Of a stretch of DNA of 32,000 nt, positions 1-8,880 are shown piece after piece. Within the stretch, counting starts at the first letter, position 1. Each line of letters begins with the position of its first letter. The DNA is taken from assembly GCF_000025125.1 (NCBI RefSeq), contig NC_013771.1, positions 960,001-992,000 on the forward strand, written 5' to 3'. Under the pieces are notes generated by a model, which did no database searches, had not been told where the DNA came from, and saw only the letters and a program-made list of their open reading frames with translations. This DNA comes from Candidatus Atelocyanobacterium thalassa isolate ALOHA. Its GTDB lineage: Bacteria; Cyanobacteriota; Cyanobacteriia; Cyanobacteriales; Microcystaceae. The translations under genes were made by a program, and so were the position numbers.

Positions 1-2
1 TG

Positions 3-590
3 AACTATTGGATTCAACACAGACTAAATAACCTAGATAAAGCTTTTAACTCTAGGTATTGTAATGCTCTTGAAAATACTGTTGATTTAATTACAAAACA
101 ATTTCAAGCAGGTAATAAATTATTGATTTGTGGTAATGGTGGTTCAGCAGCAGATGCTCAACATATTGCTGCTGAATTTGTAGGCAGGTTTCAACTGCAT
201 CGTAGAGGACTGCCCGCCATAGCACTAGGTACTAATCCAGCTGTACTAACGGCATGGTCTAATGACTATGAATTCGAAACTATTTTTGCTCGTCAGGTAG
301 AAGCTTTTGGAAAACCAGGAGATATTCTATGGGCGATTTCAACATCGGGTAAATCAGCCAATGTTATTCGTGCAATGGAAATAGCTAGAGAAATAGGACT
401 AATTACAATTGGGATGGCTGGAAACGATGGAGGAGTATTAAAAGATTTAGCTGATTACCCTTTACTTGTTTCAGAATACCATACCCCGTATATTCAAGAG
501 ATTCATTTAATTACTTATCATAGGATTTGTGAACAAGTTGAAGCTAAACTATTTGCAAAAACTGGTTTAGGGGCACAAATTGCAGTCTAA
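3..590 (+). CDS. gmhA: D-sedoheptulose-7-phosphate (phosphoheptose) isomerase GmhA, 5'-truncated by the window edge
   Basis: Frame 3 is open from nt 3 (NYWIQHRLNNLDKAF...QAGNKLLICGNGGS). The TTG at 123 used by the ORF track is therefore an internal Leu codon. SIS-domain motifs CGNGGSAADAQH, STSGKSANV and IQEIHLITYH are typical of GmhA. Confidence 0.85.
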   Translation, partial: NYWIQHRLNNLDKAFNSRYCNALENTVDLITKQFQAGNKLLICGNGGSAADAQHIAAEFVGRFQLHRRGLPAIALGTNPAVLTAWSNDYEFETIFARQVEAFGKPGDILWAISTSGKSANVIRAMEIAREIGLITIGMAGNDGGVLKDLADYPLLVSEYHTPYIQEIHLITYHRICEQVEAKLFAKTGLGAQIAV

Positions 591-596
591 ATCAAA

Positions 597-1172
597 ATGC
601 TGGATAAAATAGCAACTTCTGATTCGTATATTTTCAAAAACCAAAAAGCTTTATTTCTAGATAGAGATGGAGTTGTTATTAAATACATACCTTATCTTTC
701 TAAACCAGAACAAGTAGAGCTTCCTTTTGGCGCAGGGGAAGCTCTTAAACGATGGCAAGATAAAGGATATTTATTAATTTTAGTAACTAATCAAGCAGGT
801 GTAGGAAGAGGCTACTACAACCTAGAGGATGTTACAGATGTACATAATTACATTTGTAAAGAATATAAAAAAAAATATGGAGTTAATTTCTACGACATTT
901 TTATATGTCCTCATCATCCCAATGAGAAGTGCTTGTGTCGCAAACCTTCTCCTCAAATGTTGGTTGATGCGTCTATTAAATATAATATTTTACTATCTAA
1001 ATCATTTTTTATTGGAGATACACTTAGCGATGTAGAATCTGCACTAAATGCAGGTTGTAATCCCATTTTATTATTAACTGGTAAAGGGAAAGATTCCCTT
1101 AAAAGAATAGTTAAATATCCTCATAAAATTCAAGTTTTTAATAGCTTACAAGAGACTGTGAAAATAATATAA
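597..1172 (+). CDS. gmhB: D-glycero-D-manno-heptose 1,7-bisphosphate phosphatase (HAD superfamily, GmhB type)
   Basis: HAD motif I FLDRDGVV, motif II VTNQAGVGRG and C-terminal GDxxxD. The GmhB-type zinc cluster CPHHPNEKCLCRKP is present. The ATG lies 6 nt after the gmhA stop. Confidence 0.85.
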   Translation: MLDKIATSDSYIFKNQKALFLDRDGVVIKYIPYLSKPEQVELPFGAGEALKRWQDKGYLLILVTNQAGVGRGYYNLEDVTDVHNYICKEYKKKYGVNFYDIFICPHHPNEKCLCRKPSPQMLVDASIKYNILLSKSFFIGDTLSDVESALNAGCNPILLLTGKGKDSLKRIVKYPHKIQVFNSLQETVKII

Positions 1173-1192
1173 TTTAGACAAGATACTCAAAT

Positions 1193-2377
1193 ATGAATCC
1201 AAATGAAGAGAGACATTTAACACCGATATTTATATCATTAGTTCCTAATTTAATGCAAGGTCAAGGACACATAATCCCCTATCATAAATCTGTAAGTGAG
1301 GCTGTCTCTCAACTAGGTTGGAAACATTTCGTTGCTGTACCTATTAATAATAAAGTCCATAATTTACCTATTAATTGGGATACATGCCTAAGTAACTATG
1401 ATTTAGAAAAAGAGGGGAGTTGGTATGATAAATTTCTTCATTTTCAAGAAATTTGGATATTAGGGAAAAAAATAGCTAATTATTTAAACAATAAAATCGC
1501 TGATCAATCAAGACCTCGTATCTTATTTATAGAAAGATTTATTCATCTACAACTTTTAGCTTTATTTCTAGCTTTACTACTAATCCCTACTAATAACTTA
1601 TCGGTTTGGCTGCTATATCGAAGAGATACTCATAAAGATAAGACTAGAATTATTTATAAGATCCTGAATTACCTTATTAAAATTAGAATAAAACCAGAGA
1701 AATTTAAACTTGTGACAGATAGCGACTTATTGAGTAAACAGCTATCGAAATATTTTGAAATACCTGTGAAAGTTTTTCCGATTCCTCATACCAAAGTCAA
1801 TTTATCTTCAAGTATTATAGATAATAAGTCTAAAATTTTATGTTGGTGGCCAGGGTTACCTAGAGAAGAAAAAGGCTGGCATATTATTCAAAAATTAGTC
1901 AGTTATTCTGGAGAAAATACAAAAAATATTTGCCTCATATGTTCAGAAAAAGCAAATCTACAGTCTACTAAAAATGGAGTTAATCTCGAATTAGTTAAAA
2001 ACTATTTGACAAGAGAAGAATATTACTCTTGGCTTCATTTAAGTCAAGTAATCCTATTACCTTATGATTCTTTTGAATATGGCTCAAGGACATCAGGTAT
2101 TTTTACCGAGTGTATTGTTTCTGGAAAGATACCTTTGGTTACCAATAATACGTGGATGTCTCATGAATGCCTTAAATATAATTTAACTGAATTAATTATT
2201 GATTGGCATAACCCAAAATATGTTTTTGATAATATAAAAAAAATAACTCAGTCTAATATTATTAAAAATAAAATACAAAATATGCAAGAAAGTTACAACA
2301 GATTCCACAATATTGCTAATTATAGTTTGACAATAAAAAACTTATATAGAGAAACGATAACTTCAAATTATGATTAA
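1193..2377 (+). CDS. hypothetical protein, probably a divergent GT-B-fold glycosyltransferase
   Basis: 394-aa ORF. The N-terminal Gly-rich loop plus helix (MQGQGHIIPYHKSVSEAVSQLGWKHFVAVP) resembles the GT-B N-domain. The C-terminal PYDSFEYGSRTSGIFTECIVSGKIPLV resembles a degenerate E-x7-E nucleotide-sugar motif. Its stop overlaps the next gene's ATG (ATGATTAA at 2370-2377), implying translational coupling. The functional call is motif-level inference only. Confidence 0.5.
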   Translation: MNPNEERHLTPIFISLVPNLMQGQGHIIPYHKSVSEAVSQLGWKHFVAVPINNKVHNLPINWDTCLSNYDLEKEGSWYDKFLHFQEIWILGKKIANYLNNKIADQSRPRILFIERFIHLQLLALFLALLLIPTNNLSVWLLYRRDTHKDKTRIIYKILNYLIKIRIKPEKFKLVTDSDLLSKQLSKYFEIPVKVFPIPHTKVNLSSSIIDNKSKILCWWPGLPREEKGWHIIQKLVSYSGENTKNICLICSEKANLQSTKNGVNLELVKNYLTREEYYSWLHLSQVILLPYDSFEYGSRTSGIFTECIVSGKIPLVTNNTWMSHECLKYNLTELIIDWHNPKYVFDNIKKITQSNIIKNKIQNMQESYNRFHNIANYSLTIKNLYRETITSNYD

Positions 2378-3545
2378 AGTTTATATTGATGCAACTCCTA
2401 TCCGTGATAAGCCGACAGGTATTGGAGTTTACACATTTAATTTAATTAATGAATTACATTATTTAGAAGATACAAAAAATTTACAGCTAAATATTTATTT
2501 TCATCCTTCTTTAAAAAATTGGCTTCGCTGTAACTTTTTAATTCCAAAATTATTAAATAAATATTCAAAGGTATTACGTCTAAATATCCCAGTTAGTCTA
2601 GCTGATTTATTGGCAAAATATCTTCCTTTTATTTTCTCTTCTTTTAAGAAAAATTTAGATAACATAAATCTGATACATGGAACAGATCACTATATTTATC
2701 CCTATGAGAAGGCAGAAAAAATTATAACTATTCATGATCTTACTTTTTTAAAATTTCCAAAATACTCAACAAAAATAGTTAAAAGCTATACGGGAAGGAT
2801 TGAAAGATGTTTAAAGTGGACAAATGCAGTTATAACTTTTTCAAAAAATACTAAACAAGATATTGTTGACTTTTTCAATGTTGATCCCAGTGCTATATAT
2901 ATTATCCCTCAGGCAAGTCGATACTCAAATAATTATCTTGCGCCTCAACTAACGCAAGATAATCCTATTTCTATAGAAAAACATTTGGATAGCCCATATT
3001 TCCTTTTTGTTAGTACTTTAGAACCAAGAAAAAATATTTTAAATCTAATCAAAGCATTTGAATATTTAAAAACAAATTACGATATTTCGCATCAATTGAT
3101 ACTAATTGGGAAGAAGGGATGGGGTTATCATCATATTGTCAATCATATAGACCAATCGCCTTTTAAACAAAATATTCACCATTTAGATTATGTATCAGAT
3201 AAATCCTTAGCTACTTTTTATAACCAGGCAGAAATTTTTATTTATCCATCCTTTTATGAAGGGTTTGGCTTGCCTATTTTAGAGGCAATGACTTTAGGGA
3301 GTCCTGTTATCACGTCTAATACGTCTTCTTTACCAGAGGTAGCTGGCGATGCAGCATTGTATGTTGATCCTCACAACTACTATGAATTAGCAAGAATGAT
3401 GCTAAAAGTATTAAAAAATCCTGATTTGAGGCAAGAGATGATTAAAAGAGGTAGACGACGAGCTGACAAATTTTCTTGGAGGAACACAGCATTGGAAACT
3501 TTAAGTGTATATAAATCTGTTTTAGATAAAAAAGATCAATTATAA
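2370..3545 (+). CDS. glycosyltransferase, family 4 / GT-B (RfaG/mannosyltransferase-like)
   Basis: Classical GT4 C-terminal domain: FLFVSTLEPRKN, IFIYPSFYEGFGLPILEAMTLGSPVITSNTSSLPEVAGDAALYVDP (E-x7-E). Confidence 0.85.
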   Translation: MIKVYIDATPIRDKPTGIGVYTFNLINELHYLEDTKNLQLNIYFHPSLKNWLRCNFLIPKLLNKYSKVLRLNIPVSLADLLAKYLPFIFSSFKKNLDNINLIHGTDHYIYPYEKAEKIITIHDLTFLKFPKYSTKIVKSYTGRIERCLKWTNAVITFSKNTKQDIVDFFNVDPSAIYIIPQASRYSNNYLAPQLTQDNPISIEKHLDSPYFLFVSTLEPRKNILNLIKAFEYLKTNYDISHQLILIGKKGWGYHHIVNHIDQSPFKQNIHHLDYVSDKSLATFYNQAEIFIYPSFYEGFGLPILEAMTLGSPVITSNTSSLPEVAGDAALYVDPHNYYELARMMLKVLKNPDLRQEMIKRGRRRADKFSWRNTALETLSVYKSVLDKKDQL

Positions 3546-3616
3546 AATATTTATTTAAGTATGATTAGAATTTAAGTCAACAATTTAAATTTTCTTGTTA
3601 AATCTCTATATAAAAA

Positions 3617-4714
3617 ATGCAAAAGAATTCTCAATTAATTATTAATTTATCATTATTGCTATCAAAGCCTACAGGAATTAGCAACTATGCCAAAAATATC
3701 TTCCCTTATTTAAAGCCTTTAAAGCCAATATTGCTAACTTCTAGAGAATATGAAGATTTTGATAACTATTTAATTTCTAATAATTTAACGCCAGAACAAG
3801 GTACTAAAGGTCATCTTAGACGTTTATTGTGGACACAATTTAAATTATCTAAAATCTATCAAAATCTTGATTCATCTCTATTATTTTCTCCAGTACCTGA
3901 AATTCCTTTATGGAGTTCTTGTAGATCAGTTGTTGTGGTACATGATTTAATACCATTACGTTTTCCCAACAAAGCATCCCCGCTATATTATTATTTCAAA
4001 TATTATGTTCCTGAAGTATTACGACAAGCAAAGCATATTATTTGTAATTCTCAAGCAACTGCCGAAGATATTCACAATATGTTAAATATTCCTAGCTGCA
4101 AGATTACTCCTATTTTACTTGCTCATGATAATAGAAATTTTCGCTTACTAAATTCAGATCAGAATATAAACGAGCCCAATGTACCTTATTTTCTTTATAT
4201 AGGACGTCATGATCCTCATAAAAATATTGCTAGTATATTAAAAGCTTTTTCTAAATTAAAAAATTATAAAAATTATCAAATATGGTTAGTTGGTCCAAAA
4301 GATAAAAGATATACCTTGCAGCTTCAGAATTTAGCTCAGGAATTAGGAATTAGTCAACAATTAAGAATTCTTGATTATGTTTCATACGAAAAGTTACCAT
4401 TAATTTTAAATCAAGCACTAGCTTTAGTGTTCCCTTCTTTATGGGAAGGATTTGGTTTTCCAGTTTTAGAGGCAATGGCATGTGGAACTCCTGTTATTAC
4501 TTCTAATATTTCTTCCTTACCTGAAATTGTAAAAGATGCAGCTTTACTAATCAACCCTTATATGTGTCAAGAAATCACTTCTGCCATGGAACAAATTATT
4601 AAAGATGATACTTTAAGATCACAACTTAAAATATATGGTCTTAAAAGATCTAAAGCTTTTAGTTGGCAAAATACAGGAGAGAAAACCCTAGCAATCTTAG
4701 CGAAATTTTTGTAA
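3617..4714 (+). CDS. glycosyltransferase, family 4 / GT-B
   Basis: YFLYIGRHDPHKN, LVFPSLWEGFGFPVLEAMACGTPVITSNISSLPEIVKDAALLINP. Paralogous in architecture to the preceding gene. Confidence 0.85.
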   Translation: MQKNSQLIINLSLLLSKPTGISNYAKNIFPYLKPLKPILLTSREYEDFDNYLISNNLTPEQGTKGHLRRLLWTQFKLSKIYQNLDSSLLFSPVPEIPLWSSCRSVVVVHDLIPLRFPNKASPLYYYFKYYVPEVLRQAKHIICNSQATAEDIHNMLNIPSCKITPILLAHDNRNFRLLNSDQNINEPNVPYFLYIGRHDPHKNIASILKAFSKLKNYKNYQIWLVGPKDKRYTLQLQNLAQELGISQQLRILDYVSYEKLPLILNQALALVFPSLWEGFGFPVLEAMACGTPVITSNISSLPEIVKDAALLINPYMCQEITSAMEQIIKDDTLRSQLKIYGLKRSKAFSWQNTGEKTLAILAKFL

Positions 4715-4751
4715 GCTACATCATGAGAAGTAATTGGAGTTAAAAAATTAT

Positions 4752-5843
4752 ATGGAAATTGGTGTTCCTAGAGAAATTAAAGATCAAGAATTTCGCGTAG
4801 GTTTAAATCCTAGTAGTGTAAAGGTATTATGTAGTCAGGGACACCAAGTTTTTATAGAAGAATCTGCAGGGGAAGGATCTAGCTTCTCTAATAAAGATTA
4901 TGAAAAAGTAGGTGCTAAGATTACTGATAGAAAATTTGTATGGGAAAAAGACTTAATAATAAAAGTTAAAGAGCCCTTAGCTGAAGAATACTCCTACTTT
5001 AAAAAGGATCAAATACTTTTCACTTATTTACACTTAGCAGCGAATAGAACTCTCACAGAGGCTTTGGTTACATCAGGGATAACCGCAATAGCCTATGAGA
5101 CAGTCGCTCTAGAAGATGGAAAACTTCCATTATTAACTCCTATGAGCATTATTGCTGGTCGTCTATCAATACAAATTGGTGCAAGATATTTAGAAAAGCA
5201 GCAAGGAGGACGAGGTATTTTATTGAGTGGTATCCCCGGAGTATCATCTGCTCAAGTAGTTATACTAGGAGGAGGTGTTGTAGGTTCAGAAGCAGCTCGT
5301 ATTGCTTTGGGTATGGGAGCTAGAGTACAAATTTTTGATATTAATGTTGAACGCTTAAGGTATTTAGAAACAATTTTTGGTTCGCGAGTGGAATTGCTCC
5401 ATAGCAACATCTATGAAATAGAAAAAATGATACCTAAAGCTGATTTGTTGGTTGGTGCTGTATTAATTCCTGGAAGACGCGCTCCTATTTTAGTTTCTAA
5501 AGATTTAGTATCTAAAATGAATCCAGGATCAGTTATCATTGACGTGGCTGTTGATCAAGGAGGGTGTATCGAAACTTTAAAAGCAACTTCTCACAGCTCA
5601 CCTATCTATTTAGAACATAATGTAGTCCATTTTGGAGTTCCCAATATGCCTGGTGCTGTTCCGTGGACGGCTACACAAGCGCTAAACAATAGTACTTTAC
5701 CCTATGTTTTAAAATTAGCTAATTATGGATTAGAGGCACTAAAAAAGGACACAAGCTTAGAAAAAGGTTTAAATATTAAAGATAAATCTATAGTTCATCC
5801 AGCATTGAAAGAAGTTTTTAGTGATATTAGTTCAAATACATAA
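4752..5843 (+). CDS. ald: L-alanine dehydrogenase
   Basis: MEIGVPREIKDQEFRVGL N-terminus, KVKEP, FTYLHLA, NAD fold VVILGGGVVGSEAA, IIDVAVDQGG and HFGVPNMPGAVP. I prefer the ATG at 4752 over the track's TTG at 4734, because AlaDH proteins begin M-x-I/V-G-V/I-P. Confidence 0.9.
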   Translation: MEIGVPREIKDQEFRVGLNPSSVKVLCSQGHQVFIEESAGEGSSFSNKDYEKVGAKITDRKFVWEKDLIIKVKEPLAEEYSYFKKDQILFTYLHLAANRTLTEALVTSGITAIAYETVALEDGKLPLLTPMSIIAGRLSIQIGARYLEKQQGGRGILLSGIPGVSSAQVVILGGGVVGSEAARIALGMGARVQIFDINVERLRYLETIFGSRVELLHSNIYEIEKMIPKADLLVGAVLIPGRRAPILVSKDLVSKMNPGSVIIDVAVDQGGCIETLKATSHSSPIYLEHNVVHFGVPNMPGAVPWTATQALNNSTLPYVLKLANYGLEALKKDTSLEKGLNIKDKSIVHPALKEVFSDISSNT

Positions 5844-5848
5844 TATCT

Positions 5849-8281
5849 TTATTTTAAATGTACTAGTGTTACACCTGATCCTCCTTCATTTTGAGATGCT
5901 AGCTTAAAGTCCTTAACTTGAGGGTGAATTTTTAGAAATTCATGAACTCCTTGGCGTAATTTACCAGTTCCTTTTCCATGAATGATCCACAGAACTCCAA
6001 TATTGGTAGCTTGAGCAATTGCTTTTTCTAAGCTAATTTCAGCTTCAAATATTCTTGTACCACGTATATCAAGAGTATTATTATCCGTTCTAATATCATA
6101 TTGATTTCCGACGTCAATTGCCTGAATATCTTGTCGTTGAACTGATTGCTTTTTAGCTTTTAGTTTATCTACTTTTAAACCGTCTAGTGATTCAATATCT
6201 GTAAATAATATTTTCATTGTCATTAAACCAAAACGAACAACTACCTCTTGGCTGTCAGCGATGACATCTAATACTTGAGCATTTTGGCCAAATTTAGTAA
6301 TTTTAACCTTTTCTCCAATTTTTGGACAATAAGACGAATATTCTTTTTTAACTTGAGGAAGTTTTTCCTTAGAAATATTTAAAATTTCTTTAGTTGCTTG
6401 TAGAGCTTTTTGACTGGTTTTGTCTCCTTGTTGTAAATGTCGAATTACTTGAGCTATTTCTTCTTTAGCACTAGAGATAGCTTTCTGAATTTCTTTTTCT
6501 TGAAAATGTTTAAGTTCCTGCTCTCTTTCTTTCAAGATAACAGCTTTATCTGATACTTCTGTATAAAAATTTTTAGCTTGTTTAAGTAGTTCTTGTGCTT
6601 CGTTAGCTTTTAGTTCTTGTTTATTACGTTGTTCTTCTAATCCCAAAATAATATCATTAACATCTTTAGATTGTTCTCCAACAATATTTCTTGCAGCTTG
6701 AAGAATATTAAGATCTAAACCTAGATTCTGAGCAATACTGATGGCATTGGATCGTCCTGGAATGCCCCATAACAAACGATAAGATGGAGAGAAAGTTTGA
6801 TCGTTAAATTCTACTGAAGCATTCTCAAATCTTGAATCTCGATATTTTAAAGCTTTAATTTCTCCATAATGCGTTGTAGCAATTGTCAACAGAGCATGGT
6901 TTGCTAAGTGACTTAATAACGAAATTGCTAATGCGCTACCCTCAGTAGGATCAGTACCTGCTCCCACTTCATCTAAAAGAACTAAGCTTGAACAGTTTTT
7001 AAACTTATTTAATATTTTCGAACTATTTGATTTAGAAGAATTGGATACAGCTTTAAGGATGAGAATAATACGACGAATGTGGCTAGAAAAAGTAGATAAG
7101 TTTTGTGTTATGGATTGCTCATCGCCAATATCAGCCAATACATTTTTAAACCAAGGCAATTTAACAGGACTTACCGCAGGAATGAATAAACCAACTTTAG
7201 CCATTAAGGCAGCTAAACCTAAGGTTTTTAGCGTAACAGTTTTCCCTCCTGTGTTTGGCCCAGTAATAGAAACTACATTAATTTTAGAATTAATCTGAAT
7301 ATCTATAGGAACTACTTGCACTCCTTGTTCCTTCTTTTGTTGCCAAATCAATAATGGATGATATAGCTTACGAAGAATAATTGTTTCTCCTTCTTCGATA
7401 AATTGAGGGATGTTTCCTCCTAACCACAGACTGTAGCGAGCTCTAGCTGTTGCTAGATCTAATTTTTGTATTGCTTCAACGAGATACTTTAAACTTTCTG
7501 CTACTTCGGCTATTTTTTCAGTTAATTGTCTAAGAATTACTATTTCTTCTATTGTTTCTTGGCGTAGATATTGGCAGTATTTATTACCAATATCTACGAT
7601 ATAACTTGGTTCTATATAAACTGTCATACCAGTATTGGAAGTGTCATGAACAATACCTGGAATTTGATCTTTTTGTAAAGTTTTTACAGGAATAACGAAA
7701 CGATTATTTCTCTGAGTAATAAGACTTTCTTGGATAGCTCCTGCTTTTTTGTTTATGATACTTTGAAGCTTTTGATAAATTTCATTACGCAATTCTCTAA
7801 GTAAAAGTCTGATTTTACTTAATTTAGAGCTAGCATGCTCAGTTATATCCCCATTTTCATCAACACAGTAACGTATTGTTTGCTCTAATTCAGGATAGGT
7901 TTTGATATTGTTAACTAATTTTTTTAAATTGAATAATGGTAATTTTTCATAACTATTGACTATTTTTCTCAACCGCCTAACTTTATCTAATGTAATTGCG
8001 ATACCTAATAAATCTTTTCCGGAAAGATACCCACCTAAAGCGGCTATTTTCACAACATCTCTGATATCAACTATTCCTTCGAATATCAGCTTTATTTTTG
8101 GATCTTGCTCCAAATAATAAACTTCTTCAGTTTGTGACAATAATTCTTGACTTTCTGTTAACAATTCGGGAATATCTGGATTCTGGGCCGCAGTGATTCC
8201 CATCTTAGTTGTTGCAAAGGTAGCTAAATGGCTACATAATCGAGACCATTCTAAAAGTTTTAAAGTTTCTTGATGAATCAA
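5849..8281 (-). CDS. mutS2: endonuclease MutS2 (MutS-II family ATPase with C-terminal Smr domain)
   Basis: Walker A GPNTGGKT, Walker B LVLLDEVGAGTDP and a long coiled-coil linker. Smr domain LDIRG...IIHGKGTGKLRQGV at the C-terminus. The apparent start is TTG at 8281, with a stop just upstream in frame. Confidence 0.9.
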   Translation of the reverse strand: MIHQETLKLLEWSRLCSHLATFATTKMGITAAQNPDIPELLTESQELLSQTEEVYYLEQDPKIKLIFEGIVDIRDVVKIAALGGYLSGKDLLGIAITLDKVRRLRKIVNSYEKLPLFNLKKLVNNIKTYPELEQTIRYCVDENGDITEHASSKLSKIRLLLRELRNEIYQKLQSIINKKAGAIQESLITQRNNRFVIPVKTLQKDQIPGIVHDTSNTGMTVYIEPSYIVDIGNKYCQYLRQETIEEIVILRQLTEKIAEVAESLKYLVEAIQKLDLATARARYSLWLGGNIPQFIEEGETIILRKLYHPLLIWQQKKEQGVQVVPIDIQINSKINVVSITGPNTGGKTVTLKTLGLAALMAKVGLFIPAVSPVKLPWFKNVLADIGDEQSITQNLSTFSSHIRRIILILKAVSNSSKSNSSKILNKFKNCSSLVLLDEVGAGTDPTEGSALAISLLSHLANHALLTIATTHYGEIKALKYRDSRFENASVEFNDQTFSPSYRLLWGIPGRSNAISIAQNLGLDLNILQAARNIVGEQSKDVNDIILGLEEQRNKQELKANEAQELLKQAKNFYTEVSDKAVILKEREQELKHFQEKEIQKAISSAKEEIAQVIRHLQQGDKTSQKALQATKEILNISKEKLPQVKKEYSSYCPKIGEKVKITKFGQNAQVLDVIADSQEVVVRFGLMTMKILFTDIESLDGLKVDKLKAKKQSVQRQDIQAIDVGNQYDIRTDNNTLDIRGTRIFEAEISLEKAIAQATNIGVLWIIHGKGTGKLRQGVHEFLKIHPQVKDFKLASQNEGGSGVTLVHLK

Positions 8282-8518
8282 TTCTAGATATTTTGATAAA
8301 TAAATTCTAATAACTATTCTAAAGTAAAAACCTAACTTTAAGCTATATTTGGATAACTTTTAGCTACTTGATGTCTTGATAACCTAATTATTAGTCTATA
8401 GTTATTTCAGCAAACCTCAATCGCTATAAGCGCTAGCTAAATAATATAACAAAATACTGCTAGACGATTTCCCTAATATCAGTCTTAAAGAAATTATCTA
8501 ACAGTATTATGATCTTTA

Positions 8519-8591
8519 TACCCCCAAGGGAATTTGAATCCCTGTCGCCTCCGTGAAAGGGAGGTGTCCTAGGCCACTAGACGATGGGGGC
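8519..8591 (-). tRNA. trnE: tRNA-Glu (anticodon UUC), no encoded CCA
   Basis: The reverse complement reads GCCCCCATCGTCTAGTGGCCTAGGACACCTCCCTTTCACGGAGGCGACAGGGATTCAAATTCCCTTGGGGGTA. It folds as a 73-nt cloverleaf (7/4/5/5 bp stems) with anticodon loop CTTTCAC and a G1-U72 pair, as in plastid and cyanobacterial tRNA-Glu. It is a GC-rich island in AT-rich spacer. Confidence 0.92.
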
Positions 8592-8612
8592 CTGTATGTT
8601 ACCCGCTTAGTC

Positions 8613-8641
8613 ATGATAGCAAGAGTTTTTATAAGTGTCAA
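8613..8641 (-). promoter_or_regulatory. sigma-70-type promoter for tRNA-Glu (TTGACA - 17 nt - TATCAT)
   Basis: On the minus strand, TTGACA lies at 8641-8636 and TATCAT at 8618-8613 after a 17-nt spacer. The -10 element ends 21 nt upstream of tRNA position 1. Confidence 0.45.
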
Positions 8642-8880
8642 CACTTAAACCTTTTTTTCTATACTAAAATATTCAATATATAAAATTTTGATGTCGTTGA
8701 ATCAGAAATAGAATTTAGTCTATTCTTAAATTATTAATTACTCAATAAAGACTTTGATAAATATATTTCTGTTAATATTGATTTAAATTTGAAGTGATGA
8801 TTATCATACGATTATTAAACTTTTTCTTTTTAATGAAAATAAATAATTAAATAGTAGTAGAACAAATCCTGAATTAATTT

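Noticed and set aside
829-1035. 68-aa plus-strand ORF inside gmhB
   Set aside because: It is an out-of-frame shadow ORF wholly within a well-supported HAD phosphatase gene, and the peptide is low-complexity and hydrophobic.
4734-4751. TTG start for ald giving the extension MELKNY
   Set aside because: Alanine dehydrogenases start at the conserved M-x-I-G-V-P. The ATG at 4752 gives exactly that.
7020-7050. SNSSKSNSSK peptide repeat in MutS2, as a possible slippage or contingency repeat
   Set aside because: The two pentapeptide copies use different codons, so this is not a recent DNA tandem repeat. It is a low-complexity linker.
7041-7298. 85-aa plus-strand ORF antisense to mutS2
   Set aside because: It lies opposite the conserved Walker-A region of mutS2, so it is a shadow ORF with no independent support.
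8282-8880. tRNA-Glu flanks as a possible integration hotspot, and long spacers as hosts of RNase P RNA, tmRNA, SRP RNA, 6S RNA or a Yfr1-like sRNA (CUCCUCA word near 15790)
   Set aside because: There are no duplicated tRNA 3' segments, integrase or direct repeats. The only GC-rich structured islands are the two tRNAs. The CUCCUCA word lacks the flanking stem-loops of Yfr1.
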